Origin: Eledone cirrhosa
Lineage: Eukaryota
Length of the DNA stretch: 64,000 nucleotides
Reading direction: 5' to 3'
Assembly: GCA_964016885.1 (NCBI GenBank)
Contig: OZ024741.1
Coordinates: forward strand, 166,656,001-166,720,000
Shown here: positions 50,843 to 63,660 of the stretch, piece after piece
How positions within the stretch are numbered: the stretch's first letter is position 1
Layout: each line of letters opens with the position of its first letter
The notes under the pieces: model-generated
Databases searched by the model: none
What the model saw: the letters and a program-made list of their open reading frames with translations, nothing else
Told to the model about the DNA's origin: nothing
Made by a program: the position numbers and the translations under genes

Positions 50843-51848
50843 ATATATATACATACATATATATATACATACATATATATATACATACATATATATATAT
50901 ATACATATAAATATATATATATACATACATATATATATAAATATATATATATACATACATATATATAAATATATATATATACATACATATATATAAATAT
51001 ATATATATACATACATATATATATAAATATATATATATACTTACATATAAATATATATATATATACATACATATAAATATATATATATACATACATATAT
51101 ATATAAATATATATATATACATACATATATATATAAATATATATATATACATACATATATAAATATATATATATATACATACATATATATATAAATATAT
51201 ATATATACATACATATATATATAAATATATATATACATACATATATATATAAATATATATATATACATACATATATATATAAATATATATAAATATATAT
51301 ATATACATACATATATATATAAATATATATATACATACATATATATATAAATATATATATATACATACATATATATATAAATATATATATATACATACAT
51401 ATATAAATATATATATATACATACATATATATATAAATATATATATATACATACATACATATATAGTTAGATTCGTTCCTCGAGTTATAATTTCGTATAT
51501 TACTCTCTAAAATGCTTGGTTAGCATATAATTTCGTATATTAGAGGGAAATTTGGAATCTGACGTTGCGTGACTATCGCATGTTTGAAAGGAAACAGACC
51601 GATTTGTCTATTGTTATATTTGGTGAGGGAAGCGGGGCGTCATATTAAAATATTGCCAGAAACCCCCCAAATATAACAATATCTGTTTCAACCAACGATT
51701 TCATATTAAAAACCTTACAAAACAAATACATCGCCGTCATAGACCTATTTACACATGAATATAATACATAAGACATGTTGAATATTTTACTATATTCAAC
51801 AGTAAAATATGCCAACACACCCTCCTGAGTTTTCTTGTTACTTTTCTT

Positions 51849-52920
51849 TAGAATAATATATAGTGCGAGCCGCTTATTGTGATCACTATTGGGCGGGGTG
51901 GGACTAGCCGTTCCTGTAAACAAATAAAAAAAATATCTAAGTTTGGGACCCACTAATTTTTATAACAATAAACGCTGAATATTATTATCTGTGATTATAA
52001 TAAGTGGCTTCCAAACGATCCATGCAAACATGTGTATGTGTGTGTGTGTGTCTGTCTGGGTTAGTATATTTTTATATATTATTTTTGTTTTTAAAAATAA
52101 AAATCCAACAAAACCTACCTCGAAATTTCACTTAGCTGAAGTCTCCAGAAAAAAATATTTTAACTTCTTTGTTTAAAAGTTGTGCAGTTTTGGCGACAAC
52201 TTCTTGAAAAGTGAAAGTTGGATTATTCCTAGAAACTACTAGTACTACTACTATTACTACTTACAGCAGCTCTAGTGCCGTACCTATTCTACTAAAACAA
52301 CTACTACTAGACATTGTTGTAGTAGTGGTAGTGGTAGATACACAACCGAGGCGATGTCGTAACTTCAATATCTTACTAGGTGGGACGAAGTCCATAAACC
52401 ACTACCACTACCACCTTAGAATAACGTATAATGCGAGCCGCTTATTGTGATCACTATAGTGGGGGGGGGGGGGGGGGGCAAATGAAATATATTTAAGTTT
52501 GCGACCTACTAATTTTTATAACAATAAACGCATTAAATTATCTGTGATTATAATAAGCGGCTTCCACTATGTGCAAGAGCGTTGCGTACATTAAATTATT
52601 CAGTGAAGATGTATTGAAAGCAACCCACGCAAACACACACACACATCGGTGTATGTATGCGTATGTGTGTGTAATAGTCTGGGTTAGTATATATTTATAT
52701 ATTATTTTTGTTTTTAAAAATAAAAATCCAACAAAACCTACCTCGAAATTTCACTTAGCTGAAGTCTCCAGAAAAAAAAATATTTTAACTTCTATTTTCA
52801 ATAGTTGTGCAATCTTGACGACAACTTCTTGAAAAGTGAAAGTTGGATTTTTCCTAGAAACTACTACTACTACTACTATTACTACTACTACAGCAGCTCT
52901 AGCGCTGTACCCATTCTTCT
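51849..52920. repeat. Diverged tandem duplication of a ~570-bp unit
   Basis: GCGAGCCGCTTATTGTGATCACTAT at ~51865 and ~52434; AAAATCCAACAAAACCTACCTCGAAATTTCAC at ~52100 and ~52723. Confidence 0.8.
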
Positions 52921-53136
52921 TCTTCTACTACTACAACTTGTAGTAGTAGTAGTAGTAGAAGAGGAAGAAGAATGGTTACAGCGCTAGAGCTGCTGCTGCT
53001 GTAGTAGTAGTAGTAGTGGTGGTGGTGGTGGTGGTGGTGGTGGTGGTGGTAGATAGTAGTAGTGGTAGTGTATCTACTATTACTACTACAAGTAATAGTA
53101 GTAGTGTGTACCTACTATTACTTCTACTACTACAAT

Positions 53137-53611
53137 TAGAGGGAACGGCAAAAGGCCAGATGGCATGACCATCTTCCCGTTCTGCGGTGGCAAACCCCTC
53201 GTCTGGGATGCCACTTGCACCGACACTTTCTGCAGCCGCAACCTGGTGCAGTCTGCGACTGACCCAGGTTCTGCTGCACGTTGGGCTGAGGGGGTCAAAC
53301 TCCTCAAATACCGGTCGCTCTCCGACAGGTTTGCGGTCGTTCCCCTTGCAGTGGAAAGTTCTGGTGTCCTCGTCCCCAGGGCTACCTCCTTACTCACCAC
53401 CATAGGCGCTGAGCTGGCCAGCCGCAGGTGTGAGCCTCGCGAGTTGGAGTGGCTTTTCCAGCGCGTCTTCCTTGCCGTCCTCCGAGTAAACGCCTTCTCC
53501 ATTCTGTCCGCCGGGGCTGTGGGTGGGCCCCATCGCGTACCGTTGTAGTTGTTGTATACAGATATTAACTCATCAATCCCAATCGTTGATGTGCATCTTC
53601 AACAATATAAA

Positions 53612-53612
<1 letters not shown>
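53137..53612 (+). mobile_element. 5'-truncated CRE-like RLE non-LTR element (endonuclease end) in a (TAC/TAG)n tract
   Basis: GNGKRPDGMT..GKPLVWDATCTDT..KY..VPLAVESSG..FQR (ORF 53165-53548); GC-rich; the 3' end AATATAAA runs into (TAG)n. Confidence 0.7.
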
Positions 53613-53651
<39 letters not shown>

Positions 53652-54243
53652 TGTTGTTGTAGATACACAACCGTTGCGATGTTGTAACTAGGTGTGATGA
53701 ATTCCATAAACTACCACCACCATGGCCGCCGCCACCGCGGCCACCACCACTACCTCCACCACCATCAGTTGTAAGCAGTCTGTCTGCATAGAGAAGGCGT
53801 TTCCCCGGAGGACAGCAAGGGAAAATCAGTCTGTCTATATTTACTATGTTTTGCCTGTGAAATAGATTCATTTCGGAAGTTGACTTTTATATTCTGTGGT
53901 TTCAAAGTACGCACACACACACACAATTGCACACACGAAAAATTAATCTCGTACACAATAAACAAACGTAGATGCACATACAGCACACACCGCATCCACA
54001 ATAAGGGCCTATATAAGGGGGGGGGGGGTCAACCGGTACACCAGTTGGTGGTTTTAGCAACCAGAGAGAGACCCGGCATGTAAGCCTCTGGGACAATCTA
54101 TCGTTGGAAGTTCTCACCATTGTCCTGTCAAGACAACGATGATAAATCTACTTTCCATTTGATCTGTGACCTCAACCTCTTTGGAGAGGATAACCACAGA
54201 GCTGACCCTAAATCAACCTTATATAACTTTATTATAAATACAA

Positions 54244-54432
54244 GGGCGGTGGATTGCTAGTATCGGTAGAGGGTCGGACGTCATGCTTTCCAGCATAGTT
54301 ACGTCCCTTTACGATCTGAGTTCAAATCCCGCCGAGGTTGACTTTGCCTTTCATCCTTACGGGGTCGATAAAATAAAGTACCAGTAATGCACTGGAAATT
54401 TGCTGGCCTTGTGCCTAAAGTAGAAACAATTA
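54244..54432 (+). mobile_element. MetaSINE-like copy with TSD
   Basis: Flanked by ATTATAAATACAAGG repeats (~54231 and ~54429). Confidence 0.8.
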
Positions 54433-54787
54433 TAAATACAAGGAGTTAAGGAATCGAAAGGTCAGACACGAAGCGGCAGTCAACAAGATAAGCGATGTAG
54501 CATCAGTAGAACTTTCACTCTATCTTTCTCCTCTGCCCTTACTGGCTTACCTCTTCGGCCACCGAAAAAGCCAGACAGCTAGCCATGCCTGCTTGACAGA
54601 TTGACCACTATTACTAAGACAACAACGTATACTAAGAAAAGGCACACACACACATAGTAAGTTCATATTGTTTATATTATACTCTCGTCCTATTATTCCT
54701 GTAATATTGTATCTGCAAGACACAACACAACTGTTACATCATCGTCTTCTCTGATACATACACATATTAGCTCGTAGTAGCTAATAA

Positions 54788-56431
54788 CACAGTGTAACAA
54801 AAAAATTTGTTTTCTCTGTTCCTGGCTTGTAATCACTTTTTTGTGTTGCTTAGGTCCCAAATAAATTTTAAAAAGTGCTATTAAACAGTTAAAAGTTTGG
54901 GTTTGTAAAAATTCTAAGCTATTCACTAGAATTATTTGTATGTTGGATTTTACGTTGTATGTAAGTTTAATTTGCTTATGTTAAATGATTTTTTTTATAT
55001 ATGTTTCAGGTTAAATTAAAATTATAAAATAAAGAGTAATACCTAAAGAAAATTATAAAAGTGCAATAAAGTATAAAATTGTTAAAAAGTGGATTAAAGA
55101 GATTTATTGATACTGGATTTTCGCACCCTGAATAAAGGGTAAGTTGTGTTTTAAGCATTCGTTTCCAGGATGAAGCAATGGAACTTGGTCAAGGAGGAAG
55201 TGCAGGTGACAAGTCAGAGAAGTCGACACGAACAATTCTCAGGCTGTTACACTCTTAGGGATGGCCTCTGCTTCTGCTATGACGTGCCTGGACTGTTTGG
55301 CTTTATTGGGGTGCCGTTTGTGCCCAAGGAGTGACGGCTATTTATAGACAGCTCCACCACAAGTTTGAAGGCTGTCCTCCTCCACAATGGAAACAAGTTC
55401 CCGACACTGCCTCTAGCTCATTCAGTGTGCCTGAAGGAAGATTACTACAGTGTGAAAGTCCTCTTGGAAGCTCTGCAATACAACCAGTACAATTGGGAAA
55501 TTATCGGAGACTTCAAGATGGTGGCTTTCCTGCTTGGACTCCAAGGAGGTTTTATCAAATTCCAATGCTTCCTCTGCCTTTGGGACAGCAGAGCCACCTC
55601 TGACCACTACAAAAGAAAGAACTGGGGGCAGCGAACAGAATTTGTAGTTGGGACCCGGAACGTCATGTGGGAGCCACTGGTTGATCCCAAGATTGTGCTC
55701 ATGCCGCCACTGCACATTAAGTTGGGGTTGATGAAGCAGTTTGTGAAGGCTCTCAACCAAGAATCAGCCGCTTTTAAGTACCTTCTTGAGTTCTTCCCTA
55801 AGTTATCTGAGGCCAAAATCAAAGGTGGAATTTTTGTTGGACCTCAGATAAAGAAGGTGTTTGAGTCTACCGAGTTCTCCAATAAGCTCAATAGGATTGA
55901 GAGAACAGCATGGAACTGTTTCAAGGCAGTTGTTAAGGGCTTCCTGGGCAACTACAGAGCTGAAAACTACCAGCAACTGGTGCAGGATCTGATAAAGGCT
56001 TTTGGCGCCATGGGATGCAGGATGTTGCTTAAACTCCATATGCTGGACGCTCACCTGGAAAAATTCAAGGACAATATGGGCGCCTACTCAGAAGAACAAG
56101 GCGAACGATTCCACCAAGATGTGAAAGAGATAGAGCAGAGGTACCAGGGCCACTACAATGAAAAAATGATGGGGGACTATATCTGGAGGCTAGTGCGGGA
56201 ATGCGACCTGGACTACAACCGAAAATCCAGGAAATATGAAAATTTCGAAATATCAAACTCCTGACGACAAACCCAAACTTCTGATTAAATAATAGTGTTT
56301 TTTTTTTATAATAATTGTTTCTATTTTAGGCACAAGGCCAGCAATTACCCAATTTTTTTTATAATAATGGGATATAACAAACCATGAAATGACACTTAGA
56401 ACCAGGGAACAAAAAAATATGTTACACGGTG
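54788..56431 (+). mobile_element. Chapaev3-like (CMC/Transib-related) DNA transposon
   Basis: Imperfect TIRs CACAGTGTAACA...GTTCCTGG / CCAGGGAAC...TGTTACACGGTG; 3-bp TSD TAA (54785-54787 and 56432-56434). Confidence 0.8.
55163..56264 (+). pseudogene. Chapaev3-like DDE transposase with an in-frame stop (E*RLFIDSS) and missing N-terminus
   Basis: KAVLLHNGN, GDFKMV, CFLCLWDSR, PPLHIKLG, GIFVGPQI, KLHML..H, SEEQGERFHQD; TGA replaces W at ~55332. Confidence 0.8.
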
Positions 56432-57199
56432 TAATTTAATGTACGGATATTTTCATGTCACAAATGTTATTACTCAGTGTTCAAATCGAATATTGTTATT
56501 ATAAAATAAACATTGTTAACAACTCAATCATGGCATTATTCTTTTCATCCAAACTATCATACCAACAATACAACCTACCCGTTACAGATTAGTTGAGAGC
56601 ACACGAAAAAGGCGAGGAAATTTTTTTTTTTACCACAGAAATGGAATGGGATGTTTTATATTAATACCGGTGTAAGTTCGATTACCGGTGGCACAGTATA
56701 TCCTTGAACAACATACTTTATTTCACGTTGCTCCAGTCCAATGAGTTGTACCTGTAATTCAAAGGACCAACCTTATCATATACAGTGTCACACTGAATCT
56801 CCTTGAGAATTGCTTTAAGAGTACACGTGTCTGTGGAATGTCCAGTCATTTTCTCGTTATTTTCACGGGCTGGCTGTTCGGCTGTTTTTCACTAGAATAT
56901 TCTTCGTCGTTACTGAGAATAGAATACACACATACTGCCCACCCCGTAACACGAGCCAACAGACAGACGCCTATATCGCAGCTCGATCTACTCGAAATAG
57001 CAGCCAAATCTTCCTCAAATCACGCAACTGGAAAAAATAGTTTTAAATATCTCTAAAAAGATGGGATTGTCACATCTAGAATGTTTTCGATCATAAGTGG
57101 TTGACCTACAGTTAAACAATAACACCTTTTCTATCACGCACACGCACGCACACACACACACACATATATATGACATGATAGCTGCCCCCTCGATATTAA

Positions 57200-58236
57200 G
57201 TGTGGCCATCACGAGAACAGCTCGACTGTTTTCTTTCTTTTGTCCAATCTTTCCATCCTGCTCTCAATTTCACCGCCTCTGTCTCCGATTCTTCTGTCGC
57301 TTTTCTAGATATCTCTCTATCTGTTAATCACTCTCACCACACCCTCCCTACTTCCATCTACATTAAACCAACAGACTCCCAATCTTATCTCGACTTCACC
57401 TCCTCCCATCCAACCCACACCAAACACTCCATACCCTATTCCCAATTCCTCCGTCTTCGTCGTCTCTGTACCCAGGACGACGATTTCGAAACCCATTCCC
57501 TTCGCATGGCTTCCTGCTTCATCCAGCGTGGATATCCCCCCCCCCCCCACCTTGATCCAAGCTGCTCTCACCCGCGCCCGTGAAACAAACTGCACCACAG
57601 CCCTCTCACCTCATCCCCGCCCTTCCAACACCCGTGTTCCTTTCCCTCTCACCTATCACCCTACCACTCCGGCGACATATCCTCCGTTCCTTCCGTATCC
57701 TCTCTTCTGACCCCGTCACTTCTCACTTTTTTCCAAACCGACCTAATATTGCTTTTAAGCGCGCCCGAAACCTCTGCCACCTCCTGGTTCGCAGTTCTTT
57801 TTCGTCCTCTCCCACGACTCCACTCGGCTCTCATCCTTGTTCCCGTTCCCGCTGCAACACTTGTCCTTTTATTTCCACCCTCCCCACTCTTACAGGCCCT
57901 AACGGGTCTTTGCGTATCCGCCATTCCTTCACCTGCACATCCACCCACGTTGTCTATGCCCTCCAGTGTTCTCTTTGTGGGCCTTTATATATCGGACAAA
58001 CGGGACGCCGTATGGCGGACCGTTTTGCCGAACATTTGAGGGACATACAACTCAGTTTGGATATTCCTGTCGCCTGTCATTTCTGTTCTGGTCATTCTTC
58101 CCTACATGTTTCAGTCTTGGGTGTCCTTTTACATCATGGATCACAGGCCTTGCGCACCAGGACTGAACAAAGTCTGATTCACCGTCTTGGGTCCTATTCC
58201 CCTCTTGGACTCAACTCACCTCCCCAATTTCTCTAA
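57200..58236 (+). pseudogene. Penelope-like element 3' part: RT thumb and GIY-YIG endonuclease, frameshifted
   Basis: FLDISL..IYIKPTD..YLDFTSSHP..SIPYSQFLRLRRLC; C..CNTC; VVYALQCSLC..YIGQTGR..RFAEH..GLN. Confidence 0.88.
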
Positions 58237-58697
58237 TACCCCGTCCATTATCACACTCCTAAATTCCTATCGCTTTCTGTTTGCTCATAGCTTCGTACTT
58301 ACATCCACACACACTCTTTTACTCACATATACACACACACATTTCTTCTTAGCTTCGTACGGATCTATAAAACACACACACACACGCACACGCTTACGCA
58401 CGTGCTCAAGTATAGCTCTTTTTACAAAACGGTTTTTTTTTCATTTCAGGTAGACGCGCTCCATCATCCACTTTTCTAAAAAAACAAATCATTCACAAAA
58501 CGCCAGCACCAACAGTTTTGCAAGATTTGTCAACATGAATTGCCTTTAATCCTTACGGGGTCGATCAAATAAAGTACAAGTAATGCACTGGGTAATTGCT
58601 GGCCTTGTGCCAACAGTAGAAACAATTATTTTTATCTAAAGACATTTTTTCCAATTCGATCCCGCCCGTCCCCTTAATCTATTTTATTTCTCATTCT

Positions 58698-58736
58698 TTC
58701 TTCTGATGAAAGGACTAGCGTCGGAAACGTTAAAAC
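58698..58736 (+). ncRNA. Minimal hammerhead-like motif in the Penelope 3' pLTR region
   Basis: CTGATGA-AAGGAC TAGC GTCG-GAAACGTTA about 470 bp downstream of the GIY-YIG ORF; helix I weak. Confidence 0.45.
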
Positions 58737-58882
58737 CCTCTTCCTACTATATCAAGCGTTAACCTAATATATACCTTCCATATACTGTACCGATTGTGTT
58801 GTTATTTCTGTTTACCTTTATATATATATATAAAACAAAGAAAGAGTATTCGATACTTAGGGTAGTAGAGTGGATAATAGGA

Positions 58883-58991
58883 AAAGAGTCAGGACCCCGA
58901 CGGCTGAGCTCCGGCCGTTTCGACAGCTAGATCCGAACTAAATCTAGCTGTCGAAATGGCCGGAGCTCAGTCGACGGGGTCCTGACTCTTT
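58883..58991. repeat. GC-rich ~50-bp-arm palindrome
   Basis: AAAGAGTCAGGACCCCG...GACAGCTAGAT [CCGAACTAA] ATCTAGCTGTC...CGGGGTCCTGACTCTTT. Confidence 0.9.
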
Positions 58992-59099
58992 CTAAGGACC
59001 TACCCTTATTGAGTGCTTTGCTAACTCATTCCTATTGTAGGTCGACTTTGCTAGCCCACAGCCAAAGCTTCGATTTTACTAAGCTTCCACTTGTATATA

Positions 59100-61030
59100 T
59101 ATATATGGTCTGCGAGAGCTACTTTCACAGGTTTTTCAGAAATGAGATTGAGGAAATTTTCATTCGCGACAGACGGCTGATTCAAAAGTTCATCAAAGTG
59201 CTCTCGCCACCTTCGCAGAATCCCCTGTGAGTCACGAAGAAGTTCTTTGGCATCCCTGCTGCGAAGCGGTGTCACCAGAGAAGAAGGTGGTCCATAAACT
59301 TCACGCAAGGGATTGTACAACAGCTTTGTGTTATTGGAATCTAATGCAGCTTGTATCTCACCAGCCTTCTCACTCCACCACTTATCCTTCATCTGAGAAA
59401 GCCTCCACCTCACACCTGATTTCACATCCTTGAGTTCCTTATGCAACATATTCTTCTCCTGTGGTTTTGCTGTCAAGTAGCGTGACAGAGCACGCCTCTT
59501 ATCAGCCAACAATTCATCTATATGTTCATCATTTTCATTAAACCAGTCTTGGTGCTTTCTTTGCACCAATCCCAGAATACGCCTGTCTACTTATAAAACA
59601 ACTTTTTAAGGGTCGGCCAATCCTCACCAAAATCTGCAACATGCATTTCTTCTCGCAATACCCACTTCACGCTATTATCCCTAAGACGAGTAGCATTCAG
59701 TCTTTTAGGCAGGGTAACACCAGCAGCCCAGATTTTATGTTTGGTAGTTAATTTCATTTTTGTACGTACCTGGCGGTGGTTCGGCCAACACTCAGCCCCA
59801 CGAAGAACACGAACACATTGCACATCTCATCAGTCACGCACCCTAACAAGGACGTAGTCCAGAAGATACCATTCTTTAGATGCAGGGTGCATCCTTGTGG
59901 TCTTAAATTTGTTCTTTTACTGAAACATGGTGTTAGTAACACACAGATCCATCTCTTCACACATCTGCAGCAGGAGCATACCATTGCTGTTACACTTTCC
60001 CACCCCATGCCTTCCGATTACAGTCCATGTGCTAAAATCCCTACCCATTAATGTCACTAAGCACGATGACCTTGTCTGTCTGAGGGATATTTCTTATAAC
60101 ATCTTTCAAAGCATGGTAGAAAGACACTTTTTCCTCATCAACAGAATTCATAGTTGGAGCATAGACACTCACCAGGATCGCATATCTTCCTTTGTCCAGT
60201 AGAATTTTCATCGACATAAGACGCTCACTAATCCCCACTGGGAATTCTTCCAATTTATCCACAAGAGCAGTCTTAACAGCAAATGCTACCCCAGCCTCTC
60301 TTCTAATTCCTTCATCTCTCCCTTTCCAAAAGAATGTATATTTTCCACAAAATTCTGTAAGATGATCATCTCCAGCTAACCTCGTCTCGGATAAAGCCAC
60401 GATGTCAAGATCGTAACGTCGAAGCTCCTTTGCAACAAGAGCGGTCTTACGTTCAGGACGTTCGGAAGAATCCGTCAAGCAGTATCCGTACGTTCCAACA
60501 GCCAATATTCAATGTTTTGTTTGGTTCTATGAAAGTGACACGATGACGGGCGGGCCCAGGCTCTGATACCCTGGGACCCTGCCGGGCAGGCCCTTTCACC
60601 TGGCGTGGTTCCAGAGCCCTTATTGCCAATTATCCCTTTTATACTGTTTTGGAACATTATTGAATTGGTTGCTTTTTAAGGCTACAGCCAGCCATTCAGT
60701 AGAAGAACAAATAAAATAAAACCAATAATAATAATAACACTATTAATAATTATCAATTAATGCTATTGTGCAATGCCTGTGCGTGAAGATTATTTTTTAA
60801 AGTGAGGAAAGACTGTGCACTAAGTCTCCCACTCTCTGAGCGACAGTAGCTATAACCCGAAAAGAAGAAAAGATCAACATCATCGGTAACTACTGAGCCG
60901 CAGGTTTTATATCGGAGTTATCCCAGTTTCCCGAGTTGCCTTCTCCTTGAAGAATGCCCTGACAAAGGTTAGGGGACCTTCACTCCCAGTAGTTTAACAG
61001 TGAGATCACGTATCCAGCCCGATTATTTCT
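59100..61030 (-). mobile_element. RTE (BovB-like) LINE 5' part: 5' UTR, APE and linker, truncated before RT
   Basis: WNVRIL, PERKTALVAKEL..ALSETRL, SVYAPT, DWFNEND, RWREHF in ORFs 60041-60505 and 59051-59569. Confidence 0.85.
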
Positions 61031-61150
61031 GTCCCCGCGAATGAAAAAAAAAAGTTTCCTTCTCGCTTAGTGACACTCACACATACGACATACACACACA
61101 AACACTCATGCATACAAACAAACACACACATATATATATTACTGTCATTA

Positions 61151-61652
61151 TTGATTGGCAGTATCGGTAGAGGGTCGGACGCCATGCTTTGACGCTTAGA
61201 GTTACAGCCCTTGCCATTCTGAGTTCAAATCCTGCCAAGGTTAACTTTGCCTTTCATCCTTACGGGGTCGATAAAATAAAGTACCAGTAATACACTGGGT
61301 AATTGCTGGCCTTGTGCCAAAAGTAGAAACAAATATTGATTAGCAGTATAGTTCAAATCCCGCCGAGGTTAACTTTGCCTTTCATCCTTACGGGGTCGAT
61401 AAAATAAAGTACCAGTAATGTACTGAGTAATTGCTGGCCTTGTGCCTAAAGTAGAAACAATTATTGATTGGCAGTATCGGTAGAGGGTCGGACGCCATGC
61501 TTTGACGCATTGAGTTACGGCCCTTGCCATTTTGAGTTGAAATATCGCCGAGGTTAACTTTGCCTTTCATCCTTACAGGGTCGATAAAATAAAGTACCAG
61601 TAATGTACTGTTATAATTGCTGGCCTTGTGCCAAAAGTAGAAACAATTATTA
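61151..61652 (+). mobile_element. Tandem array of three MetaSINE-like units
   Basis: Units start at ~61151, ~61335 and ~61462, each ending GTAGAAACAA. Confidence 0.8.
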
Positions 61653-62159
61653 ATACTATAGATGTGGCTACAGTTGTCTTTTGAAAGAGTTGGTACAATT
61701 GAAGCTATTAGTGTGTTGCTGTTTAGATTTATCGTTTCGTTGTTGTTGTTTTCATAAGGTTTGATGGTTGACCGAGTGGTGGTGGCGGTTGATATTGTTT
61801 GGCTTTTTATCGTTTTGATGCCGCTGTTGTTGTTATAGATGTTGGTATTGTTCCTTTTGATGTTGTTGTTGTAGATATTGGTGTTTGTGTTCGTTTTGAT
61901 GCTGTTGTTGCTGTAAATATTTGAGTTAGTGTTAATTCTGATGCTGTTGTTGGGGTAGATATAGGCGTTGGTGTTCGTTCTGATGCTGTTGTTGTTGTTG
62001 TAGAAGTTGGTGTTGGTGTTCGTTAAACGTTGATCGTTTTGACTGAGTGATATATATATATATATATAAACAATGAGTTATACGGTTTGTTGATTATTAT
62101 TCAACAGAGTTAATTTTATAACAGTTTTGAAGCACACTACAAATTTTACCTGGAGTATT

Positions 62160-62534
62160 ATTAATAAATGGAAAATATCTTTATAATACCATATTTATTT
62201 TATTATACGTATTTCAAGGACAGTAAATCTTAGTGTGCTTTCATCAGATAAAATATAATATTTAGTGTTAAGATATTGACATACCTTAGCGTAAACTTAA
62301 TAGTATAAGCCCGCTATCGGCAGTGAGGTAAAAATTCTTATATCCCTTGTGATTTTGAACTTTTACCTCACTGTCGATAGCGGGCTTATACTATTAAGTT
62401 TACGCTAAGGTATGTCAATATCTTAACGCCAAATATTATATTTTATCTGCTGAAAGCACACTAAGATTTAGTGTACTTGAAATATGTATAATAAAATAAA
62501 TATGGTAGTATAAAGATATTTTTCATTTATTAAT
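62160..62534. repeat. Long AT-rich palindrome (~178-bp arms, 19-nt spacer), MITE or fold-back like
   Basis: 62160-62337 is the reverse complement of 62357-62534 with a few mismatches. Confidence 0.9.
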
Positions 62535-62722
62535 TGTTTCTACTTTTGGCACAAGGCCAGCAAATACTCAGTGCATTACTGGTACTTTATTTTATCGACT
62601 CCGTAAGGATGAAAGGCAAAGTTAACCTCGGCGGGATTTGAACGCAGAATGGCAAGGGCCGTAACTCTATGCGTCAAAGCATGGCGTCCGACCCTCTACC
62701 GATACTGCCAATCCACCAACCG
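62535..62722 (-). mobile_element. MetaSINE-like copy with 14-bp TSD
   Basis: TTTCATTTATTAAT at 62521-62534 and 62723-62736. Confidence 0.85.
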
Positions 62723-62743
62723 TTTCATTTATTAATATTGTTA

Positions 62744-62775
<32 letters not shown>

Positions 62776-62825
62776 TTTGTGTTAAGTATTTAAGAAGAAA
62801 AAGCAAAGGAAAAAAGAGTGTTCTA

Positions 62826-63085
<260 letters not shown>

Positions 63086-63660
63086 TAAACAAAATTTGTT
63101 TAATTTTTTGTTTAATATTTTATCTTGACTCTGTATACCGTTTATCTTTCACCGAAAGTGATTTTTCATTACATCTCTTCTTTCCATGATATCCGGAATA
63201 CATTGAGTTCTTCATACGGATTGGACACTACCGTAAACTCTTGGTAGATTTATCTACATATATATATATATATATATACACACCCACATTCAACACAGTA
63301 GGGAGTTTGGAAGCAGGTCAGTGACTTTAGTCTAGATAGGTTGGGCTTGACTTGTATGAGTGTAAATGTGGTGGTCGGGAGAGTGTAGACGTAATTGTGG
63401 TGATGGGAAGCAGAGAAATGTATCTATTTCATTCGTCCGTTTTCTTTTCTTTTCAAAATTTGAAATTTAGCCATGTTTGATTAAAATGCATTAGAGTGTA
63501 AATAAAATGTAAACGATTGCATTGGGAAAAAATGTAAAAGTATTTATGCAACTTTCACAACTTCTGTCAATTTGCAGAGTCTAGTGGGGCAAACATTTTG
63601 TCGAATTTGGATGTGTGAGAAGGCAAAAAGACAGTGTGTGTTATCCAATCTAAAGCTCCC

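Noticed and set aside
51487-51543. loxP-arm-like ATAATTTCGTATA occurring twice
   Set aside because: Direct rather than inverted repeats, wrong spacing, AT-rich context and no recombinase; likely a chance short duplication.
54788-56431. ProtoRAG/RAG transposon
   Set aside because: A 3-bp TAA TSD rather than 5 bp, no RAG2-like gene, and motifs that fit Chapaev3.
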